A stretch of 37,827 bases of DNA, from positions 56,451,879 to 56,489,705 of the forward strand of contig NC_068985.1 of NCBI RefSeq assembly GCF_001194135.2. Reading direction: 5' to 3'. The notes below the pieces were generated by a model, which was not told the origin of the DNA, made no database searches, and saw only the letters and a list, made by a program, of their open reading frames with translations. The number at the start of each line of letters is the position of its first letter. Position 1 is the stretch's first letter. Positions 10,946 to 22,203 of the stretch are shown here, piece after piece. Origin of the DNA: Octopus bimaculoides. Its lineage: Eukaryota. The position numbers and the translations under genes were made by a program.

Positions 10946-11889
10946 GTATGTTTAATAATGAGTATTTTAAAATTCATAATCGATTTAATGTTAACTTCGG
11001 TACTGATGTAGATAGTGGTATTGGGTGTAGAGTTGGTTGTAGTGCTGGTTATGATGGTGTTGGTGGTTGTGTCAACTGATAAAGATATTGACTTTAGCAC
11101 AAAGAAAAAAAAAACATTGCGATATTTCAAAATGCAATTCTTCACTTTGCTTATATTCAATATTCAGTTATATATTTCGATTCTAGAGTATGTGAAAGGC
11201 AAAATAACAAACATACAAACATATAAAACCACACATAAACACCTATATGAATATATGTGAGGATACTCAATAACACATACTTCATTTGTAAAAAAAAAAC
11301 CGCAGTTTCACATACGTAGCCTTAGAGATAAGTAATGACACTGAACATGCATACTATTGGGTAAAAATTTAAGCAAACATTTTGTAATCACACATCCTCT
11401 TTAGACAGAGAAGAACACAGGCGCACACACATACACAGACAGACTGACACACACCACACACTTACACACATACATACGCTCAGATAAAGAACACAATTAA
11501 GCTGATCATTATACTACATCTGAAAATTGAAATAAAATGAAAATTCATAGAAAACCCCAAATCCTTGAAAACTTGTCATAAAAGCTTTCTTGTACTTCCG
11601 TTCAAACAAATAGAAACGTAACACATTCACGTATTTCCTGTGTAAATGGATTTTGAAGAGTGGGATTGACATAGACAGCAGTCTATATATGGGACTGGAA
11701 ACCATTTAATCCGTGAAAATTTTCTAAATACACACTCATATTTACGTGCGTTTGCTACTGCGGAATAAACCGCACACACACACACGCACACACACACGCA
11801 CACACACACGCACACACACATATACACACACAACACACACACACACACCTCACACACATGTATGTTATTTAATTATTTTATAATTTTAT

Positions 11890-14700
11890 GCATTTCAGCT
11901 GAAAGGCTGTGGCCATGCGAGGGCACCGCTATTATTATCACCTCTTCAATGGCCATTCTTATGTGATTGGCGTTTGGTGAAGAAGGGAGGTTGATATTAC
12001 TGCCTTCTTTTGAGTTTCGTACCGTGATGTAGTCTCATCTGAGTCACTCGGTAGTAGGTGATCAAGTTGTTTCTTGAAAGTATCTACCCATACGCAATGC
12101 AGATGTCTCAGATGCTTTGGCAAGCTATTAAATAGCCATAGGCCCTTGAATCCCAAGCTATTGTAGTACATGATCCTCACCTTAGATAGGATGGCTGGGG
12201 TCTTTGGAACTATGCAGTGACATACAGTTTGGGAGCTTATATAGCTCTTGATGCCGAAGTTTTGTGCCAACCCCTCCAGGATCTCCCCTATATTTATCAC
12301 TGCATATATCTTCCGTCTTCGTTTGAGGGAGTAGAGTCATAGCTCTTTTGGTATCTCTCAAATAGCTCAGTTGTAGTACTTTTGCAAACATACTGGTGTA
12401 GCACTGTTGCACTGTCTGAAATTCCATTATAAATTTGACACTGTGTGATGACTACGGTTGAGAGTAGTCGAGACATCTGAGTACAAATGTCCTCCATAGA
12501 GCTAGTATAATATGCTGACCTCTTGTTCTGAAGGTTCTCAAAATCCATCCGGCCATTCGGTTGCACATTGCCACCATCTTGGTGACATGCACATGAAACG
12601 AGGTGTTGTTGTTCATATCAATCCCCATATCACTCATTGTATCTGATTCTGGGATTGCCGCTCCATATAGTCTAAAGTATCTTTGTTAGCACAAGCTTTC
12701 TGATAGCAGAGGTCTTGGTCTTTACCTACATTAGATTGCCTGTTCTTTTCTTCAGACCATTTATATATGGCATTTAGATCCTTGACTGCTTGTACTACTT
12801 TTGTGCCATCGGCATAACTAGTAAGTGTGGCTGTCTATGTAAATGATGGCATGTCCGAAAGAGTCACCATAAACAGCACAGACACAAAGATAGTTTCTTG
12901 AGACACCCCACTCACTATTACTATCTCCTTGGAGAGGACTCTCTTGGCTGTCCCACCCCTGCTCCAATCTATTAAGGAGTCCTGTAACCACTCTCCCAGT
13001 TTTCCGACTATGCCGAGTCTTCCTAGCTTGTGACATATCCTTCCATGATCGACCTTACCAAAGGCCTTTGCAAAGTCAAGATATGTCACATCCACGTTTG
13101 AACGATTCATTAGTTGTTTCAACATCAAGTTGTAATGCTGCTTAACATTATGGATGAGCGCCGCATTATTTGTGAGGCAGAGGTCCAAAGATTTTTTGCC
13201 CCTTGTTGGGTGGAGCACTATTTGCTCCATACAGAGCATGTTTGTGAGTACGAGCAGAGACCCTGCTTGCCTTTGTTCTTGGAGTGACATACCTGAGAGA
13301 CGGTAGCTTTCAGGCCATTCGACATTAGGGAGGTTGAAGTCTCGTAGAAGAAGTATGTGAAGGCTGTCATCTAGTTGATTAAAACTTCTTCCAGCTTGTT
13401 GATATTCTCTTTGAATGAGTCCCTGTGATTTGGAGCATTTGATAGGCGATATGTAGTACTTGGTACTGCTTTGTCTGTTTAATATGTACTATCAGAATAT
13501 TATAAACCGACTTTGAGTGTGACATCAGGACTACAGGCGTGATATCTTTCTGGATGTACAATGCCAACCCACCCTGCGTTCTTTTTCTTCTGTATGTTCG
13601 AAATGCAACATACTTTGATGTGTATATCTCAGCATATGATATGTCAGCCTTGAGATGTGTTTCTGTTAATGTCGTGCGCATTCCTTGATTACATGTAGCA
13701 AATTCTTTCAGATATGGGGTTTTGTTTTGGATGGGATGTTACAAAGCCCTTGACATTCAGTGAATATACTGGTGTGACATACAAGATGTCGGTAGTGGCC
13801 ACTTATCTGACATTTGTAGAGACCTCAGAAGTGGCCATCCTGGATTTTTTGTTGTTTGCGGTAGTCTTGGGTGCTGGGATGTGTTTTTCAGACTGAACAT
13901 CTAATGAAACCAGGTCAAGTTTCTTATAATCTATACTATTGCCCCCCCCCCAAAAGACCGTTTTTCCATAGTTGCTGTCTATACTTTATGTATTGTTTCC
14001 TCTTAGGAGCAGTGGGTGGCGGTATCATGTTTTGTGACCTAGGCCTGTGTCCTCCTTGATCCTGGTGGAGTTGTTTGTCTCCTCGGGGATAGTTCTCCTT
14101 GGCTTTGGGGTAAGCGAAACGAATACCGCTACTATGGGAGTTGGGATGAGCAAACCTACAACCTATCCCAATGTCATCATGCCAGGAGGTACCCTTTGTA
14201 TAGAACTTACTCTTTGGGCTTCCTTTATTCCAGAGCCTTTGTGCTCGTAAGTTCTATTTCTTTTTGTTTTTGCGCTCGCCTAGGACCAATGATCATCCTC
14301 AGCTTGCTTGATTGCCTTTATCTTCATCTTTGGCTCCTGTTTTTCCTGGTGGATCATTGCTTTGGTATTGTTGTTCTCCTTGGGCTCAGAGTTGTCCAGA
14401 GAGATGATGTTTATTTTGTTGTGTTTCTCTCTCACTGCATTACCCTGACTCTTCTCAGATTCCATTGATTCATTGGTTTCTATTTCACCTATTTGTGTTT
14501 TAGTCTGCTCTTTGAATACATTGTCTAATAACTTCATGTGTGATTTAATCAAGGCATACAAACGAGTTAATTTATTCCTTTTCCTTTCGATTTGATCGAT
14601 GGTTCAGTAAAAGCCAAAGTTCGTCGGGGTCTTTACAATTAGAGTGTTTGGTGACGATCCATCGGTCAAGTTTCATGTTAGGGACATTGTTTTTATTTCT
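11890..14700 (-). mobile_element. CR1-clade LINE, decayed, with ORF1 remnant, APE endonuclease and RT, and a large internal deletion
   Basis: Endonuclease motifs LNVKG, TETHL, GGLALYI, DFNLP, PTRGKKSLDL. RT motifs YLDFAKAFGKVDH, SGVSQET and YADG (12805-12816, from YADD). C-terminal motifs AGWILRTFRTR and LFNSLPKHLR. The ORF2 stop is at 11959-11961. Many stops and frameshifts. Confidence 0.92.
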
Positions 14701-14769
14701 TCAAACTGTCAGTTTCTGCGTATTTTAAAGGTACTGCAGAGATAGGGAGGAAATGAGGGTAGGAAAAAG

Positions 14770-14838
14770 TAGAGATAGACATGCAGAGAGAGAGAGAGGG
14801 GGGAAAGAGAGAGAAAGAGAGAGAGAGAGGGGGGGGAA

Positions 14839-14872
<34 letters not shown>

Positions 14873-15000
14873 GAGAGGATGTAAAAGTTGTCAAGAAAAG
14901 CAGAGAGAGGAGAGACAGAAACGTAAATGAAAATGAAGAAACCGAGAGTGAAGGCCAGAGAATGAGTGAGGAGAGAGAAAGAGAGTGTTTGAAAGAAAGC
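14770..15000. repeat. (GA)n-rich microsatellite
   Basis: Direct reading. Confidence 0.9.
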
Positions 15001-15810
15001 GAAAAGAAAAATATATTCAGACGTACATGCTCACACAACCCATGATCGCACAGTTAAGATGTCCTTAATGGCACGAGCGTGGGGTGTGTGTATGCACTTC
15101 TATATATGTGTTCATGTCAACACGCGTATACCTATCTTTCTTCATTTAATCCAGAAGTGGGGAAACTTTTTAGTACGGCGGGCAAAAATTTCCAAAGAAA
15201 AAGGTCCACGGGCGCATCACAAGTTCTGACTCTTGTATCTGTGTAAATCTTGTATATATCTATGTATAATACATTAATAAAGATAAGTTTAACACATTAA
15301 ATTAGCGCGTAACATCTTCATTAACGCCTCCACTGAATTTATATTATGTATGAGGTATTCTATAGTTTTCAAACTGTGCCTATCCTGATGTTCGAGAAAT
15401 CATAACAGTCAATAACAGACCAAATTTAATTTTGAAAAATTACATTAATACCTAAATAACATTATATGTATATGACACATTTAAATAAATTTATCCTGGA
15501 GATAATTTTATCAAAGCTAATCAAACTTAACTTTAAAATTTGGTTTTGTTTAGTGAGAAGTATGAAACGGCTTTATATTCTTTTTCTTTTTTTTTTTAAT
15601 GTTTAGGAATTTCACGTCTTTGAATAAACAGCTATTCTTAGTTCATTACTCAGGTTTTTTGTTAGTAAGTCTGGTACGAAGACGATTGTTTGCATAATTG
15701 AATTTGGGGAAAAAAAAACTGCTGACATTGATAACATGTCGAAAATTCAGATGCGAATTTCAAAGTATTTTTATGTAAAGTAGGGGATTTCTCAGGATTG
15801 ATGGGTTTGT

Positions 15811-16162
15811 AGAAAAGAATATGACCAAAGACTGCGTGTACTCCATCCCATGCAGCTGTGGTAGGTTATACAAAGGCGAAACGTGCCCCCCTCAAAATAA
15901 GGGTAGACGAACATCGCAAAGCTGTGACACGAGGAGATAATGATAAATCGGGTATAGCTGATCATGTATGGAAAAATGGAGACCACCTCCCCCTGTGGGA
16001 TGAAGTTAAGATAATAGATAAAGAACACCACTGGAAAATACGAAACTAAAAGAAGCAGCACATATGTTAGGGCACAACAACCTCCTAAGCAGACCGAATG
16101 CAGATATAAGTAGCATATGGGAACCGGTATTAAGGAAGGATAGGAAAATATTAGATTCATAA
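15811..16162 (+). mobile_element. Penelope-like element 3' end: GIY-YIG endonuclease, 5'-truncated, two frameshifts
   Basis: KNMTKDCVYSIPCSCGRLYKGET / PLKIRVDEHRKAVTRGDNDKSGIADHVWKNGDHLPLWDEVKIIDKEHHWKIR / LKEAAHMLGHNNLLSRPNADISSIWEPVL, with a stop at 16160-16162. Confidence 0.9.
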
Positions 16163-16191
16163 GCTATAGAATTCACTCCATAATTTCCCAT

Positions 16192-16266
16192 GGGCATATG
16201 GTGTAGTAGTTAAGAGCGTGAGCTACTAACCCCAAGATTCCGAGTTCGATTCCAGGCAGCGACCTG
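16192..16266 (+). promoter_or_regulatory. tRNA-like Pol III head (A and B boxes), not a functional tRNA gene
   Basis: A-box-like TGGTGTAGTAG at 16199-16209 and B-box GAGTTCGATTCC at 16242-16253. The acceptor and anticodon stems pair imperfectly. It is followed by (AAT)5. Confidence 0.75.
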
Positions 16267-16332
16267 AATAATAATAATAATAGCATCGAAAATTACCTTA
16301 GGAATGAGAACCCAGGTTCGAAATTTCCCCAA

Positions 16333-16378
16333 AACACCTGATGAAGGCTGGAGAGTATGTCAGCCGAAACGTTGTGTT
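16333..16378 (+). ncRNA. Minimal type I hammerhead ribozyme (Penelope-associated, dimer type)
   Basis: AACAC-CTGATGA-A-GGCTG-gagagtatgt-CAGCC-GAAAC-GTT-GTGTT. Stem I (AACAC/GTGTT) and stem II (GGCTG/CAGCC) are perfect 5-bp stems and the core is intact. A palindromic AACGTT replaces stem III. The predicted cleavage is after GUU (16373). Confidence 0.8.
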
Positions 16379-18015
16379 AACAACAAACAAGATGAGGACA
16401 AATATCCGTCAATTGTAAATAATGTATATCAAAAGGTGTTTCAAAAACATGTAGTTCGATTTTATCTTGTATTTCTTCAAATCTAATTTCAAATTTCTTC
16501 TGAAGACTTTCACACTCGTCATCAGAATATTCCTTTGTTGAATCGGGATTTTATTCGCTCAATTTCTGAAAATGTGTGAAACACTTTCTTTTCAATTGTG
16601 TGACAAATAAATAAAGCATCGATTCAAAGCTTTTGATTAAGAAAGGAAACTGGTTATTAGCTGATTGGAGCCTTGTAGTTATTTCTACTAAAAATGATAA
16701 ATCACTTTGAAACTTTTTATCTCGCAGTTCTATAATAGGAACATTTTTAATATCCATAAAAATTTCCACTTTTTCTTTCAGTTCATAAAATCGCTTAAGC
16801 ATTTGTGCCTTACTTAACCACTTAACTTCACACAATGGTACAATAAATCCCCATATTTGGTTTTAAGATCTTTCAAAAATTCTTTAAATTCCCTATTAGT
16901 CAATCCTTTGCTTTTTATCAAATTAGCGGCCTTAGTTACAACTTTCATTACATTGCCCATCTTGAGAGATTTTGCACATAACCTTTCCATATGAATAAGG
17001 CAGTGACACAATTAAAATTTCCGGATCCAAAAGACGCTTCTTAAATTTATTCTTAATCAGAGCTACGAACCCTTTTTCACGACCTACCATAGATGGGGTG
17101 CCATCTGTAGCAAGACCACTCATTTTTTCACACGGTAAATCAAAATCCTTTAAGGTTGGGTCGACCATTTGAAATACATCTTCACCTATAGTTGTTCCAT
17201 ACATTGATTTCGAGGCAAGAAATTCGTCCCAAATGTTGAATTTTACAGTTATTGCTTGTATAAATATTGCCATCTGAGCAGTATCAGATAGATCAGCTGT
17301 CTCATCAATAGCTAATGAATACAATACGAATTCTGCTGATTCAGATTTTAGAGAATTTTCGAATGTCATCAGCAATACCTTTAATACGATCAGAAACAGT
17401 TCTTCTTGATAAACTAATATTTCCAAACAGACTAAATTTTTCTGGGGATATATTCTCAACAGCAGTAAGAGTACATTCTTTCACGAATTCACCATCGCTA
17501 TGTGGTTTGAGTTTTTTTTCCCAGTATTTTCGCATAACTAGCTCGAGTAACTGATTTACTTTTAAGAATTGGTCTTTTAAAAAACGTTTGTCTTTTGGTC
17601 AGATTTTCGTTCAAGGAGGCTATCTTGTCTAAATGTTCAAATTCTTTCAAATTTTCATAGGTCTTATTCTTACTTACAAAATGCCTATTTTTTTATGAAC
17701 GGCAACTTGTTCGCTGCAAATAAGAGAAATGTACGTTGTCTATTTCAATAAAAAATAAAGTTCAGTCCATTTTTTTTATCAAACAAAGCACTTCATCAGC
17801 ACTTCTTTTTTTTTTTAGGATTTGTATAACTGCTTGCCATATTGATAAGAGTACTGAAAAATTGAATTAACAAAGTTAAAAAAATTATAAACCAGTTAAA
17901 TTTATATTCACACTTTCGGAATTTTTGTTATTACCGCTGCCTGAGAAAAATAAAAGCCAACTGTCTTGTAGTCGTAATGCATGCGTTTAGTGTTGTTAAA
18001 AATTAAAATCTGCAA

Positions 18016-18228
18016 GATATTCTTTTCTACACTAGGATCAAGGTTCGAAATTTTTGTGGAGCGGTCCAGTCGATTAGATCAATCCTGGTACGCAACTGGT
18101 ACTTAATTTATCGACCCCGAAGGGCAAAAACCGACCTCAGCGGAATTTGAACTCAGAACATAATGACGGACGAAATACCGGTAAGCAGTTCACCCGGCGT
18201 GCTGACGTTGCTGCCAGCTTGTCTTAAT
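18016..18228 (-). mobile_element. SINE family A nested in the hAT element, with 9-bp TSD
   Basis: The reverse complement aligns with 28026-28190. Direct repeats AATCTGCAA lie at 18007-18015 and 18229-18237. Confidence 0.85.
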
Positions 18229-19530
18229 AATCTGCAAACTATTATGATATTGCTTGGTTCTGCAAGGTTTAACTTCATTTTTCTTTCTCCGTTGTCCACA
18301 CAGGTGTTGACAAGCGAGTGGGTAGAGAAGGGCGATGACTGATAAGCCAATGGCAGATGAAAGTAACTATTGCTGACATTCTTCACACCAACTGATAGCA
18401 AAAATGCGACATCTCTTTCGAAAATAGTTATTTTTCACTGCTTTTTAAGAAAAAAGTTAGTAATATTTTTTTATAATCCTGATGCTTTACTAATTTGTTT
18501 TTCATTTTTAATAGATTTTAAAATATTTTTGGCTTATCGGCTGATAGAAAGAGGGTGAGTGTCGATTTCAGAGAATTTTTTCGTAAAATCGTGAAAAATA
18601 AAATAGGGAGGAAAATTTAAATACTTGGAGTTCTTGGATATGAATAATCTTTACACAGTATCTTCTACAATCTTTCAGCTTTCGTTTCATATAAGAATTA
18701 TTTCGATACATGCAATACATATTATAGTTTTCTCAGCTAAAGCGTATTTGGGTCCCAAAAGGGTTGGTACAAACCTTGAAATATGTGTTTTATAGTGAAA
18801 ATTAAATTTCCATTCAAATGGCAATTACTGGAGGATTTCTGCTCGTGTCTGACCATTTTAAGACGAAGTGGAAACCTTACATATGTCGCAAGTAGGCATA
18901 CGAGTATTGTATAAATTTTATAATTGAAAAATTTACTTTATTTTGTACATATCAGTATATCAGCCTTTACTTTATTTTGTACATATCAGTATATCAGCCT
19001 GGACAGGGGTTTTCCCACCCCTCATTTAACCTTTTAATTCTTATCCTTTGCCATTCTTTATTTTCTATCTTTTATTACCTTACTCTATGTCATGTATTCG
19101 TGATTAAGAATAGCCAGACCTAATTACCGTTTATAACCCGGATATTGTATCCATCCTCTATCATTATAGCCAACAACCTACTGGCGACTAAGCAAAACCG
19201 AGTATATTTAGCGAAGTAACTTATTTTAAATAAGACATCCAATGAAATTCATTCTGCACTGGTGGATGCAACACAACTAGTTGTACAGTATCCCATCCGC
19301 AAGGGGCAGATGCAGAGTGGGTTGAAACGATCGTTGTGTTGAATAAAGATTCTTGCAAACTACATTTTCCGTTTCCCTCATTCATTATAAATTCAACGAA
19401 GACAGCGAATTTCCTGAGGTATATTCAATGTCACTTTTACCAATACTGTAGATGACACCAGGTAGCCTAAACAGTGAATGTGCTTTAATTGGCATACTCC
19501 TAGCCATATACCCAAGGTCCAAATAAATAC

Positions 19531-19531
<1 letters not shown>

Positions 19532-19586
<55 letters not shown>
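19532..19586. repeat. (CA)n microsatellite
   Basis: Direct reading. Confidence 0.95.
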
Positions 19587-19588
<2 letters not shown>

Positions 19589-19879
19589 TACATTTATCGA
19601 AAACACAATGGTTAAAAGACTTTTGTAGAAAAAGGAATTGGTTAAAAAAGTATTTATAGAATGAACAAAAATCCTCGATTGCGCGAAGACATACCTAGAC
19701 GGTATCAAATACATCGAAGGAGAAATTTGTTGATATGCATTCATAGAAAGACATATTTGTATACACGTCTAGAAATACATCTTAACTTTATGTAGAATTG
19801 TCTATATTTTAAACAACGTAATGTAAAGTCATGCGAATGAAGGATTTTGTAAAAATAATATATTTTCAATATATTTTCA

Positions 19880-20535
19880 GGCTATTTCTTGTTCATAAGA
19901 AAGTACATGAGAAACGAAATGTTCACAAAGACGTAAAGTTAATTTATATCCAAGAATAATATAAGCAATAGCTCGAAAGTAATCCAAAATATCTCTATTT
20001 GATTTGTCCAACATAACAAATAGAATGAATACTTTTTGAGGAAATAGCACTTCAAACATTTTATGGTACAACAAGAGCAGCACTTTGTAGAATAGCTATC
20101 CAAGATTCAAGACGTTGATGTTTACGTACAGCGTTCAATACAGAATTTATATTTGAATGCAATCTAACGATGCTGCCAAAGTGTCTCAACAATGCTTTGC
20201 ACAATTCTCAAATTGTACACATTTCATGAAGGAATACTGGAAAACGGTCTGCCATATCATTCACGACGCTATTTTTTTTCAAGGACATAAACTTCATCGA
20301 AATTTCAATAAATCCTTGGACCATTTCCTTGAAAATTTTCTGTAACTTTTCTTTTCATAAACATTAAAATTTATATTCAGTATATTCCGGTCTTTTTTCT
20401 TTTGAGTAATATCTTTCGATCATTTTTGTTTTCCTATGAATATGCTCTCCTGAATATATCTGTCGACCATTTTGCCATTGGCCGATATTCTTTCGGCTAA
20501 TATGTTTGCGACAAATATGTTTTCGAGAAATGTCC
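19880..20535 (-). mobile_element. Probable MULE (Mutator-like) transposase remnant with terminal-repeat-like end
   Basis: The degenerate minus-strand translation ...NDMADRFPVFLHEMC...LCKALLRH...SAALVVP...FEVL...RDILDYF follows the MULE pattern N....FP......C.FH.Q...R ... LAFVP ... DYF. A short-motif-rich end lies at 20460-20535 (GGACATTTCTCGAAAACATATTTGTCGCAAAC). Confidence 0.5.
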
Positions 20536-20730
20536 TCTCTCTCTCTTTCTCTCTTTCTCTCTCACTCTGTCTTCTCTCTCTCACTCTGTCTTCTCTCTCT
20601 CACTCTGTCTTCTCTCTCTCTGTTTTCTCTCTCTCTGTTTTCTCTCTCTCTGTTTTCTCTCTCTCTGTTTTCTCTCTCTCTGTTTTCTCTCTCTCTGTTT
20701 TCTCTCTCTCTGTTTTCTCTCTCTCTCCCA
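20535..20730. repeat. CT-derived minisatellite: 19-mer x3 then 15-mer (TGTTTTCTCTCTCTC) x7
   Basis: 19-nt units start at ~20563, 20582 and 20601; 15-nt units run from 20621 to ~20725. Confidence 0.9.
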
Positions 20731-20873
20731 CACACTATCTCTCTATATATAAACACACACATATGCACATTCAATCTCAAGCAGATTTACACATAGATTC
20801 AAAAATATATATACATATATAAATATATACACGTAAAAACACGAAACAAACAAACACACGCGCACACACACAC

Positions 20874-20874
<1 letters not shown>

Positions 20875-20955
<81 letters not shown>
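20875..20955. repeat. (ATCT)n microsatellite; further copies at 32875-32938, 33650-33690 and 37563-37628
   Basis: Direct reading. Confidence 0.95.
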
Positions 20956-22016
20956 ATACACACATATACAATGAGAAAATGAGAGAGAGAGAGATGTATG
21001 CAATTATTTTTCTATCTATTCAACTATTTATATATACACTGAAATATATTTGAAACTTATAAACTGGAAGCGATTTTCAATTATAAGACTGAAATCGTGG
21101 TTAGACGTTGAAAATAATATTATGTATTGCATTACAATAAATGTAATTCGTTATATATGGATGTGCAAACTCCGTAAAAGCTCGTTTTATGCGAATCTGA
21201 CAAAAATATATGTGAAAGATCACTACTTCCATTTGTTATAAAAACAAACTGACTCAACATAAAGAAATTGTTCAGATCATTTTTTTTTGTGTATTATTTA
21301 AATCTTTTCACATGAAATATCACTTCTGTATGATAACTGGATAGCAACCTGTTGATTCCAGAGAGTTCCTAAACAACAGCCAAATCTGATATTATCTATG
21401 AAGTAGTAGTTTGAGGATATTGCAAATAAATTCCATCACTGAAAATAGCAATATTAAACATCAAAATTTACAAATAAAAAGTAGTGTTCTTGTGGAGAAG
21501 AATATTAAGCAAGTTTCAATAAAATGTCCATAGAAACATACAGTAACAAAGCATATTAGTTTTATGAAAAGCTGTATGGCGGACACATTGACAGAAATAA
21601 AATCAAAGTTTGCTGGTATATGCATGCGCTAATGTAAGTGAATAAGAAAAAAAAAATGTTTAGTACGAAGAATTTTTTAAAGTTCAGCTATGGTATGAAA
21701 AGAGAATTGTGTATGATATAAACAAGATGTGGTTGTCAGAGTAAATTTTATGCACAAAACACCGAATATTATTTAGTAAGTGATATGCAGGAAACATCTG
21801 AGTAACCGCACTAAACGACGTAGAATTTATGGATAACAAGACAGGTTTCTGTTGAAATATGGAATGGCCGCGTTATAAATTTCAGATGGGTCTCACAGGG
21901 TCTCTTTTACTGCATGCAAAAAGCAATTTGTGTAGATGTGGAAGATAACTGTGGGAGGAGCAAAATAGAATATACGCAAATGTGTTTACTAACAATATTT
22001 CATTATTAAAACACGT

Positions 22017-22203
22017 AAAGGTGATCCGGTAGAGTCATTAGCAAGCTGGGCAAAAGGCTTAGGGGCTTTTCGTTCATCTTTAGGTTCAAAGGTCAAATTC
22101 GGGGTCGATTAATTAAGTGCCAGTTAAGCACTGGGAGACTAGGCAATCAACTTACCCCCTCCTCGAAATTGTTGGCCGTCTTTCGAAATTTGAAACCAAT
22201 ATT
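22017..22203 (+). mobile_element. SINE family A, degenerate, internally deleted
   Basis: AAGGTGATCCGGTAGAGTCATTAGCAAGCTGGGCAAAAGGCTTAG...GGGGTCGATTAATTAAGTGCCAGT...AAATTTGAAACCAATATT. Confidence 0.7.

Larger units (their letters stand above)
15560..17840 (-). pseudogene. Buster/SPIN-type hAT transposase pseudogene (GTF2IRD2/EPM2AIP1-like)
   Basis: ATG at 17840. BED-finger remnant (KKWTELYF...), KPHSDGEFVKEC, SLSRRTVSDRI, SLAIDETAD, ATDGTPSM, CHCLIH, EVKWLS, and C-terminal FSTCYQCQQFF, where the catalytic Glu is replaced by Gln. Frameshifted, and interrupted at 15811-16426. Confidence 0.93.
15152..19023 (-). mobile_element. hAT DNA transposon (Buster/SPIN/Charlie group) with nested insertions
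   Basis: The left TIR is CAGAAGTGGGGAAACT (15152-15167) and the right TIR is GGTTTTCCCACCCCTC (19008-19023), an 11/16 inverted match. The 8-bp TSD is ATTTAATC (15144-15151) / ATTTAACC (19024-19031), with the central TA typical of Buster elements. An internal transposase pseudogene is present. Confidence 0.75.

Noticed and set aside
14280-14561. 93-aa ORF as an independent host gene
   Set aside because: It is collinear with and upstream of the CR1 endonuclease on the same strand, so it is best read as a decayed ORF1.
16192-16266. Functional tRNA gene (also at 3845-3915 and other SINE heads)
   Set aside because: The stems are broken, there is no T-run terminator after the head, and the sequence continues into retroposon bodies.
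18270-18370. Strong + strand acceptor and donor with a possible MTDKPMADE start
   Set aside because: It lies inside the hAT leader region, all frames from the acceptor contain stops, and there is no independent support.
19195-19340. KTSNEIHSALVDA, resembling a mariner N-terminal HTH
   Set aside because: Too short and degenerate, with no TIR or further motifs.
21300-21445. Minus-strand acceptor followed by DGIYLQYPQTTTS*
   Set aside because: Only an acceptor and a 13-codon frame are present, which is indistinguishable from chance.
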